From positions 1 through 23,387 of the forward strand of contig JAQGDQ010001851.1 in assembly GCA_030141605.1 (NCBI GenBank): 23,387 bases of DNA, written 5' to 3'. The position numbers and the translations under genes are program-made. Source of the DNA: Tubiluchus corallicola (taxonomy: Eukaryota; Animalia; Priapulida). Below are positions 1 to 10,422 of the stretch, piece after piece (position 1 is the stretch's first letter; every line of letters starts with the position of its first letter). The notes under the pieces were generated by a model. That model did no database searches. It saw only the letters and a program-made list of their open reading frames with translations, and had not been told where the DNA came from.

Positions 1-540
1 GCACTTTGATTAATTAATGACTGCTCTAACAAAACTGCTAAACAACATGCTGCTTCTGCAACAAGCTTAAGAACTTCCACAAAAATACCAATATTAGAAG
101 CCTATAGAGATTACAAAACACTGATATTTCTTTGTAAATATATCAATAAACTGAGCATTCCGTTTATAAACAATCCTTTATCATTCATTCCTGATACCAC
201 TTGAGACAATAGAACACACAATTTAATGCAAATTACAGTAAAGTAATATGGTCTATTCTTACTGTAAATGTTTATGTAAATAGTGTATAAAGTCTGTTGT
301 GGTGAGGATCCTAAATCATGTTGTTCAAACTGTCTGATCCAATCTTACAAATTATGTGTAAACTAACAATTTGACAAACGAATAATTAATTGAAGAACAG
401 ACACACTCATGCTTGAGTGTCTTCCACACACACAGACGCACGCATGCACGCACACACACGCACACACACACACGCATGCATACATGCCCTCATGTACGCA
501 TGCCCATACATGCTTTGCGTCTTCCTCACAATCACACACA
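1..540 (+). repeat. Left arm of large inverted duplication (partner 1994-2541); may extend left of the window
   Basis: 1-21 gcactttgattaattaatgac is the exact reverse complement of 2521-2541; the match continues to 540 (atcacacaca vs tgtgtgtgat at 1994-2003), with about 11 substitutions counted in the ~410 non-microsatellite bases. Confidence 0.97.
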
Positions 541-1320
541 AACTCAGCATCCTCTGCCTCAGTGCCCACAAACTCAGCATCCTCTGCCTTGGTGCCCACA
601 AACTCAGCATCCTCTGCTTTGGTGCCCACTAACTCAGCATCCTCTGCTTTGGTGCCCACTAACTCAGCATCCTCTGCTTTGGTGCCCACTAACTCAGCAT
701 CTTCTGCCTTGGTGCCCACAAGTTTAGCATCCTCTGTCTTGGTGCCCACAAACTCAGCATCCTCTGCCTCCATGCCCACAAGTTCAGCACCCTCTGTTTT
801 GGTGCCCACAAACTCAGCGCCCTCTACTTTGGTGCCCACAAATTCAGCACCTTCTGCTTTGGTGTCCACTAACTCAGCATCCTCTGCTTTGGTGTCCACT
901 AACTCAGCATCCTCTGCCTTGGTGTCCACTAACTCAGCATCCTCTGCTTTGGTGTCCACAAACACAGCATCCTCTGCCTTGGTGCCCACAAACTCGGCAT
1001 CCTCTGCCTCCGTGCCCACAAGTTCAGCACCCTCTGTTTTGGTGCCCACTAGCTCAGCATCCTCTACCTTGGTGCTCACTAACTCAGCATCCTCTGCCTT
1101 GGTGTCCACTAACTCAGCATCCTCTGCTTTGGTGTTCACTAACTCAGCATCCTCTGCCTTGGTGCCCACATGTTCAGCACCCTCTGTTTTGGTGCCTGCT
1201 AACTCAGCATCCTCTACTTTGGTGCCCACAAATTCAGCATCCTCTGCCTTGGTGCCCACAAATTCAGCATCCTCTGCCTTGGTGTCCACAAACACAGCAT
1301 CTTCTGCCTCCGTGCCCACA
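541..1320. repeat. 30-bp minisatellite, 26 indel-free copies (consensus aactcagcatcctctgccttggtgcccaca); reads (NSASSALVPT)n on + and (VGTKAEDAEL/F)n on -
   Basis: Units stay in register every 30 bp from 541 to 1320; ORFs 409..1344+ and 363..1469- run through without stops. Confidence 0.97.
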
Positions 1321-1386
1321 AACACAACACCTAGAGAACTATAAACGTCAGTGCATCTCATGTAACGTAAATTTTTGGTTTTGCAG

Positions 1387-1598
1387 CTGAAAACGGCGGA
1401 TATGTTCCCGAACTTTTTAACAAAGGTGGAGCAACTAAAAGAAGACGTAGGTGGGCCATCTAGCGGCATTTTGGTTCATTATTTCTTCAATACGCTTAAC
1501 TTGACCACTGAGAATGGTGTTAACCAAACTCTGGCTGATCAAGCAGCACTATTATATATAGACAGACCAAGTCATGAATTATTTGCTTTTAGATATCC
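1387..1598 (+). CDS. Candidate isolated coding exon (LKTADMFPNF...ELFAFRY), unknown protein
   Basis: Preceded by T-rich acceptor atttttggttttgcag| (AG 1385-1386); ~70 open, non-repetitive codons with NLT and NQT sequons; ends at a possible donor cc|gtaaaa (1599) or stop TAA 1600-1602; no family recognised. Confidence 0.3.
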
Positions 1599-1798
1599 GT
1601 AAAAAATACAATCTTTTTAAATGCTAACTAAAAATTCTTACTTAGAACAGTATCAGAGTCGAATGTATATGTAGCCAGATATAACAATTTGTAATAATAA
1701 ATCATTTTGATTTGGTCGTTTTAATTACCTTTGTTCTTCTGTGTTTAGAAGTCGATTGTCTCTTTAATTTTTATTCATTTTACTGCCTGCGGATACGT

Positions 1799-1802
1799 AT
1801 GT

Positions 1803-1860
<58 letters not shown>

Positions 1861-1970
1861 ACGCATGCATACATGTGTGTGTGTGTGCGCATGTGTACAT
1901 GCATGTATGTGTGTGTATGCATACATGTGTGTGCGCATGTGCGTGCGTGCATGCATGTGTGCATGTGTAT

Positions 1971-2001
<31 letters not shown>

Positions 2002-2116
2002 ATTGTGAGGAAGACGCAAAGCATGTATGGGCATGCGTACATGAGGGCATGTATGCATGCGTGTGTGTGTGTGTGTGTGCGCGTGTGTGTGCGTGCATGC
2101 GTGCGTGTGTGTGTGT
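1799..2116. repeat. (GT)n microsatellite mixed with CATG/TGCA alternating purine-pyrimidine tract
   Basis: Directly visible; pure GT run at ~1807-1859 and 1978-2001. Confidence 0.95.
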
Positions 2117-2541
2117 GGAAGACACTCAAGCATGAGTGTGTCTGTTGTTCAATTAATTATTCGTTTGTCAAATTGTTAGTTTACACATAATTTATAGGAT
2201 TTGATCAGACAGTTTGAACAACATGATATAGGATCCTCACCACAACAGACTTTATGCACTATTTACATAAACATTTACAGTAAGAATAGACCATATTACT
2301 TTACTGTAATTTGCTTTAAATTGTGTGTTCTAGTGTTTAAAGTGGTATCAGGAATGAATGATAAAGGATTGTTTATAAACGGAATGCTCAGTTTATTGAT
2401 ATATTTACAAAGAAATATCAGTGTTTTATAATCTCTATAGGCTTCTAATATTGGTATTTTTGTGGAAGTTCTTAAGCTTGTTGCAGAAGCAGCATGTTGT
2501 TTAGCAGTTTTGTTAGAGCAGTCATTAATTAATCAAAGTGC
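1994..2541 (-). repeat. Right arm of large inverted duplication (partner 1-540)
   Basis: Reverse complement aligns base by base with 1-540; the ORF track shows mirror peptides (e.g. MLECLPHT... at 409+ and 2133-). Confidence 0.97.
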
Positions 2542-2580
2542 CTAAATTAATCTAATTCCATTTTGTCCAGCTGGGAACTT
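2290..2580 (-). mobile_element. Degenerate CR1/L2-like LINE ORF2 C-terminal remnant (mirrored at 1-245 on +)
   Basis: Minus translation SQLDKMEL..AL*LIN...KIPILEAYRDYKTLIFLCKYINKLSIPFINNPLSFIPDTTLNTRTHNLK resembles the CR1/L2 pattern LE.vQ.rAlr...L..L..RR....L..lyK..n......TR.H; stops and a frameshift are present. Confidence 0.4.
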
Positions 2581-2874
2581 ATGCATGATAATGTGATTAA
2601 ATAGCCTATCAATAAATGCAACGCTCATTTCTGAACAGTGCGGAAGCCAGAAGTAAAGCACAAAGATGGATGGATGGACGAACGAACGGATGGTTAGTTG
2701 GATGACTGGATAGATGCGAGATTTAGTTAGCTAAGCAATTTATTTAGGGAAGAATTTCAGCAAAAAGCGGTCCGAGAGGAAAAAAATCAAGATTTATAAG
2801 CGGCTCTTCTGGCTGTAAACATGCACAGGTTATAAATCTGATACGTAGTGTACTTCTAACGAGCTGTCAGCATT

Positions 2875-3460
2875 TGGGAACTAATAAAAGAGATACTCAG
2901 AACCTTTTCCGTAAAAGGACAACAAAAGAGGCCTAATCCAACTGCACAGTAAAAAGATAAGCTTCTTACCAAATAAGCTAAAATTTTTACCGAGTCCTGC
3001 TGAGCCGTAAGAACTTGATGGCGGAAACGTAAGATGTAAAAATATATAAAATAAATACGTTTTTTTATAAAAAAATTCCCCCAACAAAGATTCAAAATAT
3101 TCAGAAAAGTGCCTAGAATAGAAAGCTGTTGAGGTAAAAGCGGATAGAGAAAAATTGGATTTTTGTAGCTATTCTGCTAGAGAAAGAATGTATTTATTTG
3201 TGTTCTTCGTTAAAAAAACAGGTTACTGTAAAAGAAAACAAATTTCTAACAAAGAATTGCATCAATAAGGGGCCAGAGGAAAGAATATATCTATAAACAG
3301 CGAATATTTTAACAAATTATAGAAGGAAGACAGGATGATTTTTCATAAACTACCCCATTTTCAAGTCCGATGAAAAGTATACATTTTAAGACCATTATTA
3401 CTGCAGAAGCGTTACTGATAATTAAATAATAGATTAGAAACTTAATCAACGGCAGGTGAG
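2875..3460 (+). mobile_element. Highly degenerate L1/Tx1-like ORF2 endonuclease-RT linker remnant
   Basis: Fragments WELIKEILRTFSVKGQQKR (cf. WE.lK..iR.f.i...k), INSEYFNKL* and IRNLINGR*G (cf. I..l..gK.pG) appear in the expected order; A-rich sense strand; many stops. Confidence 0.3.
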
Positions 3461-4451
3461 GCCAACTATTTATAACATCACAAACTAACCTAATTTTCAA
3501 CAGCAAAAATATTCGACGAGCATGTTGCACGTGTTTGCGAAAGTGAAAATTGAATGCACTGCCACTGTAAGATACTCAGTGTGTTGTAGTAAAACAAGGC
3601 AAGTTTTAAGATAAAAATTCAAATTTACTGCTCTGCTCACCCATGAGGTGACGAACGTGTACAGTTCGTCACAAACTAAAGCATCTAAATTGAGATGTAC
3701 AAGCATCTGTTTTATGTGCAATGCGTTTCCGAAATGCAGGCGCTAGTGCCCGTCTAACAAGCGAAAGGCAAAATGCATGTAACAGCGAAGAACTAGTGGT
3801 GCGAACGCGAAATTGTGTTCTTCCTTTAATAATTGTTTTACGTGAGAGATTTTTTGAAAAAAATAATATATTTTTTTTGTTTTCACTATTTAAAAGAGTA
3901 GATTGTTTTGACCTACAGTATAAGATCGGGTCCGGTTTTGGTTTAAGAACGTTCTTTGTCAATTACACAAGTCTTTCAAACAGGTAAGTGTGGCGCTAAC
4001 TTCAGACTTAGACTGACTATCAGTAGCATTTTTCTTTACTCTTTTTAACTCTAAGATTTTTTTATGAAGACCATAGATAATTGGTAATCTGACATACCTG
4101 GCTGGAGCTGTATCATGATACCTGAATAAAGTTTCAATTTTATTCAAAGCAAAAAACCGCAACTCTTTCGCTACGTTCATTATTGGCTAGTGAATTGTGT
4201 CAGTTGAAGGTATCTTTCCATTATTAGCTGTCATTCGGGTTTTTCTGCGGGGTGAGATCGAGTTTCAGGGCAATAAATTCAATGAAGATTTTTCCTATTT
4301 ACTTTCTCTTTTTCCGTTTTTCTCAAATTAATGTTCATCAAAATGACAATTTACTTTATAATGAATAAGTATCAGCCGTCAGACATTTCTGATTTCCTAT
4401 CTACTATTAATAAGGAAAAAAATTAGTGAATTTTCAATAAAGCCAAATAAT

Positions 4452-5010
<559 letters not shown>

Positions 5011-5579
5011 GGCCGTTTTACAAATACCGTAAACAAAACGTACGTGTGCGTGGTGCGCATGCGCGTCAAACGAGTAACATAACGCTCCGCATATTGGAGA
5101 AGTTTCACACATTGTGATCGTGCAAAACTCCCTAATCAGCAGCACGCCTACTCAGATTTTTGTAATGTTTGTAAAGTATGTGTAATGTAATATCAATGAG
5201 CATGTACTCAATAGCACGCCCCGCATCCAATCAACAAGTGAATGATGTTAATTTGAGTACCGTCTTTGTTAACAGAGATGTTTTGAGCAGGGCTTCTCTT
5301 ACTAAACTCTATTACAAGTTCAGCAATATCAAGTGCACCAGCTGAATTGCTTATTGTGTCTAAATGCAACCTCAGAAGACGAGTAAATTATGAGTTTAAT
5401 AATAGCCAGTTCATAACAATATTTCATTACACCAGCAGAAACGTTAAAGGAAAGGTCAAGCCTTCTGGGAGGTTAGATTTGTTTCAAAAATGTTAGAAGG
5501 ATTTAGTAATAAAAGTGTGACAAGTGCCTTGCGTAATTGATAAAATCACTTCAAAGTCCCGATCATTTCACATTTGGGT

Positions 5580-5964
5580 GCTCCCATTTTGAACTCCTGC
5601 TCTTTCTTCCACCAATGACGTCGATCCCATTTTGAACTTCTGCTCTTTCCTCCACCAATGACGTCGCTCCCATTTTGAACTTCTGCTCTCTCCTCCACCA
5701 ATGACGTTGCTCCCATTTTGAACTCTTGCTCTTTCTTCCACCAATGACGTCTCTCCCATTTTGAACACCTGGTCTTTCTTCCACTAATGACGTCGCTCCC
5801 ATTTTGAACCTCTGCTCTTTCTTCCAAATGACGTCTCTCCCATTTTGGACTCATGCTCTTTCTTCCACCAATGACGCCGCTCCCATTTTGAACTCCTGCT
5901 CTTCCTTCCACCAATGACGTTGCTCCCATTTTGAACTCCTACTGTTTCTTCCACCATTGACGTC
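5580..5964. repeat. 43-bp minisatellite, ~9 copies (ctcccattttgaactcctgctctttcttccaccaatgacgtcg)
   Basis: Unit starts at 5581, 5624, 5667, 5710, 5753, 5796 and so on; one unit has a 2-bp deletion. Confidence 0.95.
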
Positions 5965-6014
5965 GTTCGTCAACTAAAGAAAATCTGTGCACTGTTATTT
6001 TCCGTCAAATGTAT

Positions 6015-6340
6015 TGTGACGATCCTGGGTGGGAGGACCGGGGGGTCCGATTGGTGGCGCCCCTGGTCGATTCGTTCCCTCGTATTTCGGAGACCAAGTA
6101 TTCCGGGTTCACTACCGGGATAATGCAAACTTTATAAAGTCAGACATACATTTGTTAAAGTTAACTGGCCAGTAAACTTGTTCTGTGTACTTCATGCTGT
6201 TTGTTTCTACGGAACAGGTGCTGCGATGGGAAATACACCTCTCCGTTTACCTGCTAAAACGAGGCCATTCCATAACGGCGGTTTTATACCTGGCATTCGA
6301 CGTCATCATGCACTTACTTCGTGCGGACGAGACCATTACA
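6015..6340 (-). mobile_element. Probable solo LTR (~326 bp)
   Basis: Starts tgtgacgatc and ends gaccattaca (TG...CA, 7/10 inverted match); flanks atgtat / atgtag (6-bp TSD, 1 mismatch); more GC-rich than flanks; TATAAAA on the minus strand near 6282. Confidence 0.6.
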
Positions 6341-6439
6341 ATGTAGAGGGAGTGGGTCGAAAATAAATAGTATTCACCCGTATTCTTTCACTCGCGTAGT
6401 AGTATATAACTTTATATAAAAAAGTTAGATAGCTGCATG

Positions 6440-6658
6440 TAATTTTGTGATATTTTTGCATGAACATTAGGTAAGCTGCAGAAGTTTAAATTAGTTAAGG
6501 TGGCGAATTCTTACGGAAAACCACGATGTGTTTACGATAAGTCGCGAAGTCCACCAGTTAAGTTATAATTTTCAAGTGACTGTGGTATTATGGTACTTTC
6601 ATCAATGCAATACAGGCAAGACAAGGAATCTTAGAAAGCACAACTTACGAAAAACAAC
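6440..6658 (+). repeat. Dispersed duplication, copy 1 (copy 2 at 8594-8815)
   Basis: taagctgcagaagtttaaa...ttacgataagtcgcgaagtccaccagttaa...cttagaaagcacaa shared; roughly 85-90% identity by eye. Confidence 0.92.
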
Positions 6659-6831
6659 AAACGGGTGATAGCCATCAATGCAATACAGGCAAGACAAGGA
6701 ATCTTAGAAAGCACAACTTACGAAAAACAACAAACGAGTGATAGCCAACAATGATGTTTCGTTCCTTTTCGTCAGTTGGCTCTTCTAAGATTTCTTGTCT
6801 TGCCTACATTGCACGGATGATAGGACCATAA
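6588..6831. mobile_element. MITE-like element with ~70-bp imperfect TIRs and an internal 73-bp tandem duplication
   Basis: ttatggtactttcatcaatgcaatacaggcaagacaaggaatcttagaa... at 6588 pairs with the reverse complement of 6761-6831; 6600-6672 is repeated at 6673-6745. Confidence 0.7.
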
Positions 6832-7659
6832 GGGATATCGAAATATTTGTGCTTTGGTATACCTAATAAACAACTCCAAGACAATTCAAAGAGCAATTTA
6901 TATTTGCTCAGTTTATTGTCTCTTTTTCTCTCTTCCTTTTTATTTACTTAACCTTATTCTTCATCTCACAGAACATCTAGGCATTAAATGTACCTACTAC
7001 AACAAATAATATGATAAATGCTTTATTTCATATACATAGAAAAGGCATTAGTACAATGAATAATTCACTTCCTTACCCTCTCATATTTACGTTTAAAAGC
7101 AAGTCCAGTCAGCATTAGCAGTAACGCTGTATAAAACTAGACTCAATCTCATTTTAATTTACTGTCCAAAATATACATTTTCTTGCCTATAAAAGTTAAC
7201 AATTATTCCTTATATTTGAATAATTAGCTTAGAAAGTTAATTAACGGCAACCGAACACAGCTATTGCTTACGTCAGAAACTAACCACAGTTTGTGCAATG
7301 GCAGGCGTCTTTCCTTGCGCGTCAAGCACATTTGCATAGGTGTAATAGTACTGCTTAATTGCACGATGTCACGAAAAAATGTGCTCTACATCACACGACG
7401 TCAGAAACTAACACTGCAGTTCATGATCATGCTTATCACGGTACCGCCTTCTATTTGTCGGCCAAGCGAATGTGACAAAAAGGCGCCACTACCAATCTTA
7501 GTAGATTTACTGAGCCGCGCGTAGCTTTGAAGGTTTAACAAAATTTGACTATCCGAGGTAATTATTATTTAATCTAAGCTTTGATTTGAAAAAAGCTATT
7601 GTAGTTTTCAATATTTTAGAGCATTCTTTATTCTGAAATCGTGTTTACACAAGCATCCG

Positions 7660-8600
7660 GTTTTGCTTTAAACTAGCATGATTTAGTCGCCGACATTTTA
7701 ACGATAAATCGTTTGAAACAATTCCGAATTTTATTGCTTAAAGTTTGAAAAAATAATCAGAGAATTCGTAGTGCACTTTTCGCTAACTAAGCAAAAGTTT
7801 AAATTACTTTATCATGTCACTAAGATCAATAAAACATTGTTACGAAGACGGAATTTGACTAACCCCCTAATGTTAGTAGTGGGAATGGTTGAGAAGCCCA
7901 GTAATGCAAATGTACCTGTATAATGCATGCCATAATTTGACGATTCAAACCTGGCGTTTCTGTCTGTAAAGGTGAATGCTGTAGGCTTGCTAACATTTAT
8001 ACAAAAGTCTGTTCACATGTCATTCTTTTGGAGTTACCGGTTATCCAATAAAGTTTATTTTACACTCGTTTTCCGGATTTTTAACTTTTCTCGTCTGCTG
8101 TAATATTTCATAACTTATGTAGTTATGTTACTTATATTGTTCATAAAATATGAATAATATTTCATAACATATGCCGCTTTATAGATCCTGAGGCGGATCT
8201 GCGCTGGACCGGGATTCGTTACAATATTTGGTGAGCCAGCAAACGTTTTTCATAGTGAAACAGTGACGTTTTTTCAGCTAAAACGAGCATTTTAAACTAT
8301 TAAGAATTTTCTTTTCCAATTTGCATAAGTCTTTGTGCAGTTTCCAGTTTATAAACCTGCTGGAAATGCGTCACGATGCTTGATAACTAAGCAGAAGCGT
8401 AAATTATTATACCTAGACATTAAGATTTCATATACATTTTTGGTGAGTCAGTGGTGGTCCCTGGGATGGTGAGTCAGCGATGTTTTACCACCTGGGGCCA
8501 ACATTTTAAAATACTAAGAATTTTCTTTTACAATTTCACAAGTCTTTCTTCAAGCAGGAAAGCGTAACATTGATCGCGATAATGATATTAAGCGTAATCT
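7660..8600 (+). repeat. Dispersed repeat family A: copy 7660-7837 continuing at 8224-8420 (split by a solo LTR), plus a second partial copy 8435-8600
   Basis: Hallmark motifs ttgaaaaaataatcagag.attc, ctaagcaaaagtttaaattact, ttggtgag.cag and caag.ctttc shared with 11320-11770, 14220-14555 and 22190-22950. Confidence 0.75.
7838..8223 (+). mobile_element. Probable solo LTR (~386 bp, Gypsy-like termini)
   Basis: Starts tgttacgaa and ends ttcgttaca (8/9 inverted match); AATAAA at ~8047; flanks acat / atat (4 bp, 1 mismatch); removing it rejoins a family A copy. Confidence 0.7.
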
Positions 8601-8815
8601 TATGACATTTTGCCTGAACATCAGTTAAGCTGCAGAAGTTTAAATCAGTTAAGGTGGCGAACTCTTACGGAAACCCACGATGTGCTTACGATAAGTCGCG
8701 AAGTCCACCAGTTAAATAATAATTTTTTTCAAGTGACTGTAGTATTAAGGTACTTCATCAATGCAATGTAGGCAAGACGAGAAATCTTAGAAAGCACAAG
8801 TTACGAAAAGCAACT
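8594..8815 (+). repeat. Dispersed duplication, copy 2 (copy 1 at 6440-6658)
   Basis: Direct sequence match to copy 1; includes only the left TIR of the 6588-6831 MITE. Confidence 0.92.
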
Positions 8816-9292
8816 AGCTCTGCAACATTCTCTTCTAATTGTTGCAGGACTGCTACACGTTTTGCTAATTAATTGCACTCGTAATTGCATATTAAATTAT
8901 AACCTGAATTATTTTGAATTTTTTACTTTTGAATTAAACACCAGTTATTGAGCAATCATACTTTTGTATAACTAATAGGAGGATGTACATTGGTAATTGT
9001 TTCTGCTATCGCTTCTCTACCTCTGTGAGGTTTCCATATTTCAATCTTAAGTTTTAACTAATGAATTACTTACGTTTTTGCACTATCTATCCATGTAGCT
9101 ATATTCTTGATAACCAGTTGTGTATATCTGTTCTCAACTAAAACGTATTTTTGCACAGTGAAAAAACTCCGATCAGTAATATTACTGTATGTCAATCCAG
9201 TTAAAATAAACGCGGAATAAGTGTGGATGCACATTAAAATGTAACTTCCTTTCTCTTGACAGTGTCAAAGTACCACGGATAATGCGAAACGT

Positions 9293-10140
9293 GTGGTATA
9301 GTTCTTTAAGGGTGCTACTCTACCTTTTGCTAAAACAAAAGAGGTATAGAAAGTAACTAATGCAGCTGGCGACTGCAGATAAATTACAGCTCCATGACCA
9401 GATTCTGCAGCATCTCCAAAAACGTGCAACATAAATTCAGCCATATTTGCAACATTCCAAACAGAACGCGACAAGTAAGAACGAAGAACTCTGGACATTT
9501 GAAGCTCATTCAATCCAGCTATGCAGCTATCTAAACAGGGTACTAAGGTTAGGAGGCACTTCTTCATCCCAGTCAAGCCCTAATGACCAAATCTCTTGAA
9601 AAAGACACTTAACAGTAGGGGTGAGCATTCTCTACCGGAAAGCGAATTCGAATCGAACCGAATTTGTGACTTTCGAATTCGAATCGAACCGAACTTCAGT
9701 GTTTCGAATTCGAACCGAATTCGAATTGAGATCGAAAGATTTTCGAACAAGTTTTCGAACCACCAGCAAAAATTAGTCTTACAAAGATCATGCATATCAC
9801 TAGATTTTGTTCTGCAATAAAACGACTAGTAATTTCTTTAAAATTGTGTGCAGAAATCACAGCTAAATTATGCTAATTGCATGATGTTTCAATCGTTTTA
9901 GTGATGAAGAACATGTGTGATTGAAGTGCTGAAATATTCGAATCTATAGTTTTGGATTCGAATCGAGTTCGAACTAAAAAAACTCGTTCGAATCGAATTC
10001 GAGCGTTCGAATTCGATTCGAACGTTCGAACTCGAACGTTCGATGCTCACCCCTACTTAACAGACATTACATAAAGTATTAGAAAACCTAAGGGATCATA
10101 AAGTATAACCATACAACTAAGAATGACTCAACTTTGTGAG
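9293..10140 (-). pseudogene. BEL/Pao LTR-retrotransposon pol remnant (RT connection to RNase H-like Peptidase_A17 region), interrupted by a hAT MITE
   Basis: After removing 9616-10063 the minus strand reads LTK/*VILSCMVILYDPLGFLILYVMSVKCLFQEIWSLGLDWDEEVP, then after a frameshift LHVFGDAAESGHGAVIYL...FVLAKGRVAPLK; these match the BEL/Pao motifs TKR.iLS...lfDPLG, K...Q.lW....WDe, LH.F.DAS and aKsRVAPlk. Confidence 0.9.
9616..10055. mobile_element. hAT-superfamily MITE, 440 bp
   Basis: Perfect 13-bp TIRs taggggtgagcat / atgctcaccccta; perfect 8-bp TSD cttaacag (9608-9615, 10056-10063); dense subterminal TTCGAA/AATCGA repeats at both ends. Confidence 0.95.
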
Positions 10141-10227
10141 TACAACTAAGAATGACTCAACTTTGTGAGTACAACTAAAAATGACTCAACTTTGTGAGTA
10201 CAACTAAGAATGACTCAACTTTGTGAG
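10112..10227. repeat. 29-bp tandem repeat x4 (tacaactaagaatgactcaactttgtgag)
   Basis: Units at 10112, 10141, 10170 and 10199; one substitution in total. Confidence 0.95.
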
Positions 10228-10422
10228 TAAAAGAGGACCTGTTAAATCATGTTAAAAGATTATTGGTGTTTTAGGGATGGCAAAACTATGAAGACGCTTC
10301 GGTTCTGAATCACTTGCTCACCTGACACCACACCTTAACTGGGCTTCATGCCAGCATTCATCAGCATAATTATCCATCATAATCTTACGCTTTTAACATC
10401 GTTTAACAGGTCCTCTTTTACT
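10226..10422. mobile_element. MITE, ~197 bp, with ~33-bp TIRs
   Basis: agtaaaagaggacctgttaaatcatgttaaaag vs cttttaacatcgtttaacaggtcctcttttact (2 mismatches); flanked by ttgtg/ttgtg (or a 9-bp ctttgtgag/ctttgtgtg if the ends are trimmed by 2). Confidence 0.85.

Noticed and set aside
363-1469. 368-aa minus ORF as a complete gene
   Set aside because: Its C-terminus runs into the duplicated microsatellite arm and its N-terminus is antisense to the better exon candidate; openness follows from the repeat unit
1712-2190. His/Thr- and Cys/Val-rich ORFs in several frames
   Set aside because: Translations of the (GT)n/CATG microsatellite
5260-5375. Possible minus-strand exon (LDTISNSAGALDIAELVIEFSKRSPAQNISVNKD)
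   Set aside because: Short, weak splice signals, no recognisable family
5546-5929. Repeat ORFs (MGATSLVEERAEVQNG) and CRISPR-like periodicity
   Set aside because: The 43-bp unit is not a multiple of 3, so the peptide rotates through frames; there are no unique spacers and no cas genes
6051-6066. tggcgccc as a tRNA-Lys primer-binding site
   Set aside because: Lies inside the putative LTR rather than just after it, and the match is only 8 nt
9580-9820. ORFs rich in RIRI/SNSN
   Set aside because: Subterminal TTCGAA repeats of the hAT MITE
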